Origin: a virus
Taxonomy: Duplodnaviria; Heunggongvirae; Uroviricota; Caudoviricetes
Direction: 5' to 3' (one strand)
DNA: 11,134 bases
Virus record (IMG/VR): IMGVR_UViG_2695420687_000012
Shown: piece after piece, positions 7,589-11,134 of the stretch
Layout of the letters: each line of letters starts with the position of its first letter
Position numbering within the stretch: the stretch's first letter is position 1
Notes under the pieces: model-generated
What the model was told of the DNA's origin: nothing
Seen by the model: the letters and a program-made list of their open reading frames with translations, nothing else
Database searches by the model: none
Translations under genes and position numbers: made by a program

Positions 7589-8050
7589 ATGGAACTAAAA
7601 TTTATTGATAACCCTGTGCGATTACAGGCCTTTCTTAACGAGCCTGGCAATACCGAAAATATTGTTGAGCCGGGGCACACGTACTACATCAAGCCTGATG
7701 CGGTATATCTCGGTATCTACGAAGGATTGGTGCTGGCTGGCGTTCATGAAGTGCGTAACTTCTGGCATAGCATTGTTGAATGCCATGCGGTGTACGACCC
7801 CGGATTCCGTGGTGAATATGCACTACAAGGGCATCGATTATTCTGCAAATGGCTTCTCGAAAACTCACCATTCCTTAACAGCATCACCATGGTTCCTGAC
7901 ACAACGAAATACGGACGGGCAATTATCCGTTTGCTTGGCGCTACCCGTGTTGGTCACCTTGATGATGCTTATATCAGATGTGGTAAACCCGTCGGCGTAA
8001 CGCTTTATCAGTTAACTCGGCAACAATATAAGGAATTCAGCGAATGTTAA
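7589..8050 (+). CDS. Hypothetical protein (153 aa), no family recognised
   Basis: Track ORF MELKFIDNPVRLQAFLNEPGNTENIVEPGHTYYIKPDAVYLGIYEGLVLAGVHEVRNFWHSIVECHAVYDPGFRGEYALQGHRLFCKWLLENSPFLNSITMVPDTTKYGRAIIRLLGATRVGHLDDAYIRCGKPVGVTLYQLTRQQYKEFSEC; globular composition with several conserved-looking Cys/His. The overlapping track ORF 7605..8000 is a low-complexity alternative frame. Confidence 0.6.
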   Translation: MELKFIDNPVRLQAFLNEPGNTENIVEPGHTYYIKPDAVYLGIYEGLVLAGVHEVRNFWHSIVECHAVYDPGFRGEYALQGHRLFCKWLLENSPFLNSITMVPDTTKYGRAIIRLLGATRVGHLDDAYIRCGKPVGVTLYQLTRQQYKEFSEC

Positions 8051-8197
8051 TTACCCATATAGCTCATAAATATCTCAATCGTGCCGTATACGAAAAAGGC
8101 GGTGATGGTGGTGCCTCTAAAGCTCAGGCGAAGGCCCAGCAGCAGGCAATTGATTTGCAGCGCGAGCAGTGGAATACGGTGATGAATAATCTCAAGC
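8044..8197 (+). CDS. Hypothetical protein, 5' part only (cut at the N junction 8198-8199)
   Basis: The start overlaps the upstream stop (ATGTTAA). MLITHIAHKYLNRAVYEKGGDGGASKAQAKAQQQAIDLQREQWNTVMNNLK: a Gly-rich segment followed by an Ala/Gln-rich helix. The track ORF 8044..8325 continues across the N's in the wrong frame into fadM and REP sequence. Confidence 0.45.
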
Positions 8198-8199
8198 NN

Positions 8200-8263
8200 T
8201 ATGCAGAAAGCTTTAGCTCTGGAAGGGGAATTGCGCGAAAAGCTGGAACAGATGGTGAACTAA
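8200..8263 (+). CDS. fadM: Long-chain acyl-CoA thioesterase FadM, last about 20 codons only
   Basis: Frame MQKALALEGELREKLEQMVN followed by a stop (8261-8263) matches the recalled FadM C-terminus (...TQKALALEGELREKLEQMVK); convergent with queC as in E. coli. Confidence 0.6.
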
Positions 8264-8269
8264 AGGGAC

Positions 8270-8360
8270 TATGGCGCCGGATGCAGTGCTGTGGCGGCTT
8301 ATCCGGCTTACAAGCAAAATCGTAGGCCGAATAAGGTATTCGCGCCGTATCCGGCGACAC
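8270..8360. repeat. REP / BIME element (two inverted REP units)
   Basis: gcgccggatgcagtgctgtggcggcttatccggcttac and the inverted copy gtaggccgaataaggtattcgcgccgtatccggcgac, typical E. coli repetitive extragenic palindromes between convergent genes. Confidence 0.7.
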
Positions 8361-8369
8361 TCGAGATAA

Positions 8370-9065
8370 TTACTTCAATCCGGTCTTCTGTTTCATCGCC
8401 GCCATCACCGCCGGTTTATCGGCCAGATAATGATTCAACCCGTTGGCGCGTAAGTTACACGCTGCACAATGGCCGCAACCGTCGCCTTTTATGCCGTTGT
8501 AGCAGGTCAGGGTTTCGCTACGCACTAAATCCAGCTTGCCGTAATAATCCGCCAGCGCCCAGGTTTCTGCTTTATCAATCCACATCAGCGGCGTTTCAAA
8601 ACGAATATCTTTCGCCATACCCAGACTGACGGCGTGGTTCAACGCTTTCACGAATTCATCGCGGCAATCCGGGTAGCCGGAGAAATCTGTTTCGCAGACA
8701 CCGGTAATCACAGCTTCTGCCTTCACCTGATACGCATAAATTGCTGCCAGAGTCAGGAATAAAATATTGCGCCCCGGCACAAAGGTATTAGGAATTCCAT
8801 CGGCGTCGGGTTCATAATCGGGCACCGGAATACTGTCACGCGTCAGGCTGCTGACAGCCAGTTGGTTAAGCAGCGTCACATCCAGCACTTTATGCGCGCG
8901 CGCGCCCAGTTTCAGCGCCAGCTCGCGAGCGACGTCTATCTCTGCGCGATGGCGCTGACCGTAATCAAACGTCACGCAATGGACTTCATCGTATTGCTGT
9001 AATGCCTGCACCAGACATGTGGTGGAATCCTGGCCTCCACTGAACACAACGACAGCACGTTTCAT
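8370..9065 (-). CDS. queC: 7-cyano-7-deazaguanine synthase QueC
   Basis: 231-aa track [23 protein letters not shown]...[35 protein letters not shown], near-identical to recalled E. coli QueC, including the SGGxDS PP-loop and C-terminal Cys cluster. Confidence 0.9.
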   Translation of the reverse strand: MKRAVVVFSGGQDSTTCLVQALQQYDEVHCVTFDYGQRHRAEIDVARELALKLGARAHKVLDVTLLNQLAVSSLTRDSIPVPDYEPDADGIPNTFVPGRNILFLTLAAIYAYQVKAEAVITGVCETDFSGYPDCRDEFVKALNHAVSLGMAKDIRFETPLMWIDKAETWALADYYGKLDLVRSETLTCYNGIKGDGCGHCAACNLRANGLNHYLADKPAVMAAMKQKTGLK

Positions 9066-9129
9066 AAATCATCCTGCTAAATCAATAAAAGCGTTATGGT
9101 AACGCTTGCGGGTAACCCCGACCAGCGCT

Positions 9130-9990
9130 TCATTGCGACGGCGCGGGAAGCCAGGCTTCGGTAAATTCAAACCAGCCACGTGGTGTCAGGCGGACACCGT
9201 TCACACCGGGCGGCGCGCTGATACGGTAATGATAGTTAAACAGCGGCGTCAGCGTGGCGTCGTCCATTAGCTGGTTAAACACCGTTTTCAGGGCGTTATG
9301 CCGGTTTTCCTCATCAGGCATAATTTGCACGGCATCCAGCGTCGATTGCAGATGCGTATATGCGCTGGCAGTGAAAACATGCGGCCACAGAGGATCACAA
9401 CGCAGCCATTGTTCAAGGGTATATTCTGGTGCCTCGCCAATCAGCCTGTCGCCCATCATCAAATCTGCCTGTGCCAGTGAAGCGGCATCGTCCCAGTTTT
9501 TCGCGTTATGAAAAATGATTTTTAGTTCACAACCTTCTGCCGCCAGTGTTGCTCGTAACTGTTCCGCCATGGCATGAAGTTCCACTGGCAGGTGATAAAC
9601 CAGTGTCAATGTTTCTGGGCGTTTGACTTCTACTGGCACTTCCCACTGTGGAATAGTCCAGCCTGGCAGCAATGCATGACTGGCGGTGATCAGATTTTCT
9701 CCGACTTCTAATGTTTGTAATAGACCGGATTGATGAATGATGGCGATCACTTTTCGCGCCTGCCAGAGAGTAAGTCTGGCGCTTTTACGTAATGTTAAAT
9801 AGCAAAACCCCAAACTAATACCGCTACTGACCGGGCTGACCATCGGTAAATCTTCAGGTTTGCCGATGGTGATTTGTACCGGATGCCGACAACTGGTACC
9901 CAAATCTTTTTCAAAAAGCGGAGGGGTTATCCAGTACTCAACCGCTTTTAGCAGCGGGTGACGTAAATGGTAATAATCATGGCTTTCCAG
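9130..9990 (-). CDS. ybaE: C-terminal about 286 codons of a YbaE / SgrR-C-like solute-binding-domain protein (5' part absent)
   Basis: C-terminal part of track ORF 9130..10509 (LESHDYYHLRHP...LTPRGWFEFTEAWLPAPSQ). The tail resembles the recalled SgrR C-terminus, and the gene sits upstream of queC as ybaE does in E. coli. Confidence 0.6.
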   Translation of the reverse strand: MESHDYYHLRHPLLKAVEYWITPPLFEKDLGTSCRHPVQITIGKPEDLPMVSPVSSGISLGFCYLTLRKSARLTLWQARKVIAIIHQSGLLQTLEVGENLITASHALLPGWTIPQWEVPVEVKRPETLTLVYHLPVELHAMAEQLRATLAAEGCELKIIFHNAKNWDDAASLAQADLMMGDRLIGEAPEYTLEQWLRCDPLWPHVFTASAYTHLQSTLDAVQIMPDEENRHNALKTVFNQLMDDATLTPLFNYHYRISAPPGVNGVRLTPRGWFEFTEAWLPAPSQ

Positions 9991-10002
9991 NCGGCNNNAN
10001 TN

Positions 10003-10548
<546 letters not shown>

Positions 10549-10846
10549 TTACATCTTGATAACTTAGATGAAAATATTATTCAACATAGAGTTTTTTATG
10601 GTGAGCTGGCTCACACCTCCCTGACGCTGCGGGAATATAGCGTCTTTAGTATCTCCTGCTAAACGCGCTTTTTATCCAGCAGAAAATTCCACTCTGGAGC
10701 GGATTATTGGCACTCCGATAATAAGAAATCGCAAAGAAAAAAATTCTCCGGCGACGCGGTTTTTAACCCGTGTTCTATGCTTGAAATGAGGTCCTCCACA
10801 CAGAGAGTACCGACAACAATGAGGTGCGCGTATGNCNNCGNTGNNN

Positions 10847-11134
10847 CTGGCTTCATAGGTTGGGCGGTTGCCGCTGGTGGTGGTGGCGCGACGGATTGCC
10901 ATAAATGACTGCGCTATGTCGGTGTGTCCGGCGTCAAACTCCAGACGACGGTGACTGATAATGTCGTAGGCCTTGAGTACCAGGGCGTTTTTAACGTTGG
11001 GGTTGTAGACAAACTCCCGGACGGCTGGAAAAAACGCTTTCACGTTCTCGTAAACCCCGTGGCCGACACCTGTCGAGTCGATGCCGATGTAGGTTACGTT
11101 GTACTGCTCGGTCAGNGTNNACCGAGAAAATGGC
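10847..11134 (-). CDS. Phage protein fragment with an RNase H-like IGID motif, possibly a terminase large-subunit nuclease domain; open to the window end
   Basis: Minus-strand frame ...TEQYNVTYIGIDSTGVGHGVYENVKAFFPAVREFVYNPNVKNALVLKAYDIISHRRLEFDAGHTDIAQSFMAIRRATTTSGNRPTYEA, cut at the N-run 10835-10846. The track ORF 10672..11043 is this frame read across the junction. Confidence 0.35.

Larger units (their letters stand above)
2925..8197 (+). mobile_element. Replication/early region of a P4-family satellite or prophage-type element; both ends are defined only by N-marked junctions, with no integrase or att site in the window
   Basis: A co-directional, tightly overlapping gene set ending in a P4-type primase, followed by an iteron array, a terminator and a separately promoted small-gene cassette. 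None of it resembles core enterobacterial chromosome on inspection, unlike the flanks. Confidence 0.55.

Noticed and set aside
7605-8000. 131-aa plus-strand ORF overlapping the 153-aa ORF in another frame, and 7689..7871(-)
   Set aside because: Ser/Thr/Leu/Cys-rich low-complexity translations; the 7589..8050 frame is the protein-like one and is flanked by coupled neighbours.
8124-8629. ORFs 8124..8360(-) and 8291..8629(+)
   Set aside because: They run across the N junction, the fadM tail, the REP/BIME palindromes and antisense queC; Pro/Arg/Ser-rich translations typical of REP read-through.

Overview
Enterobacterial (Escherichia-type) DNA that is a patchwork of loci not adjacent in E. coli K-12; most breaks coincide with short runs of N, so a chimeric or low-quality assembly is the likeliest explanation. 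The coherent core (about 2925-8197) is the replication module of a P4-family satellite or prophage-type element: three small overlapping ORFs, a 919-aa primase/helicase-like protein, an iteron-type origin, a terminator, then a promoter carrying a LexA-type box that drives a compact three-gene cassette with no family I recognise. That cassette is the best candidate for an undescribed accessory system. Left of the core: a ygcN-like oxidoreductase (edge-truncated), queD, the last 119 codons of gnd with its terminator, an unassigned fragment, and an internal trimeric-autotransporter fragment. Right of the core: fadM 3' end, REP/BIME, queC, a ybaE 3' fragment fused in frame across N's to a dadA 5' fragment, and a phage terminase-like fragment. 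No rRNA, tRNA or CRISPR array was seen. All identifications are from reading the sequence and ORF track and from recalled protein sequences; no database search was run.
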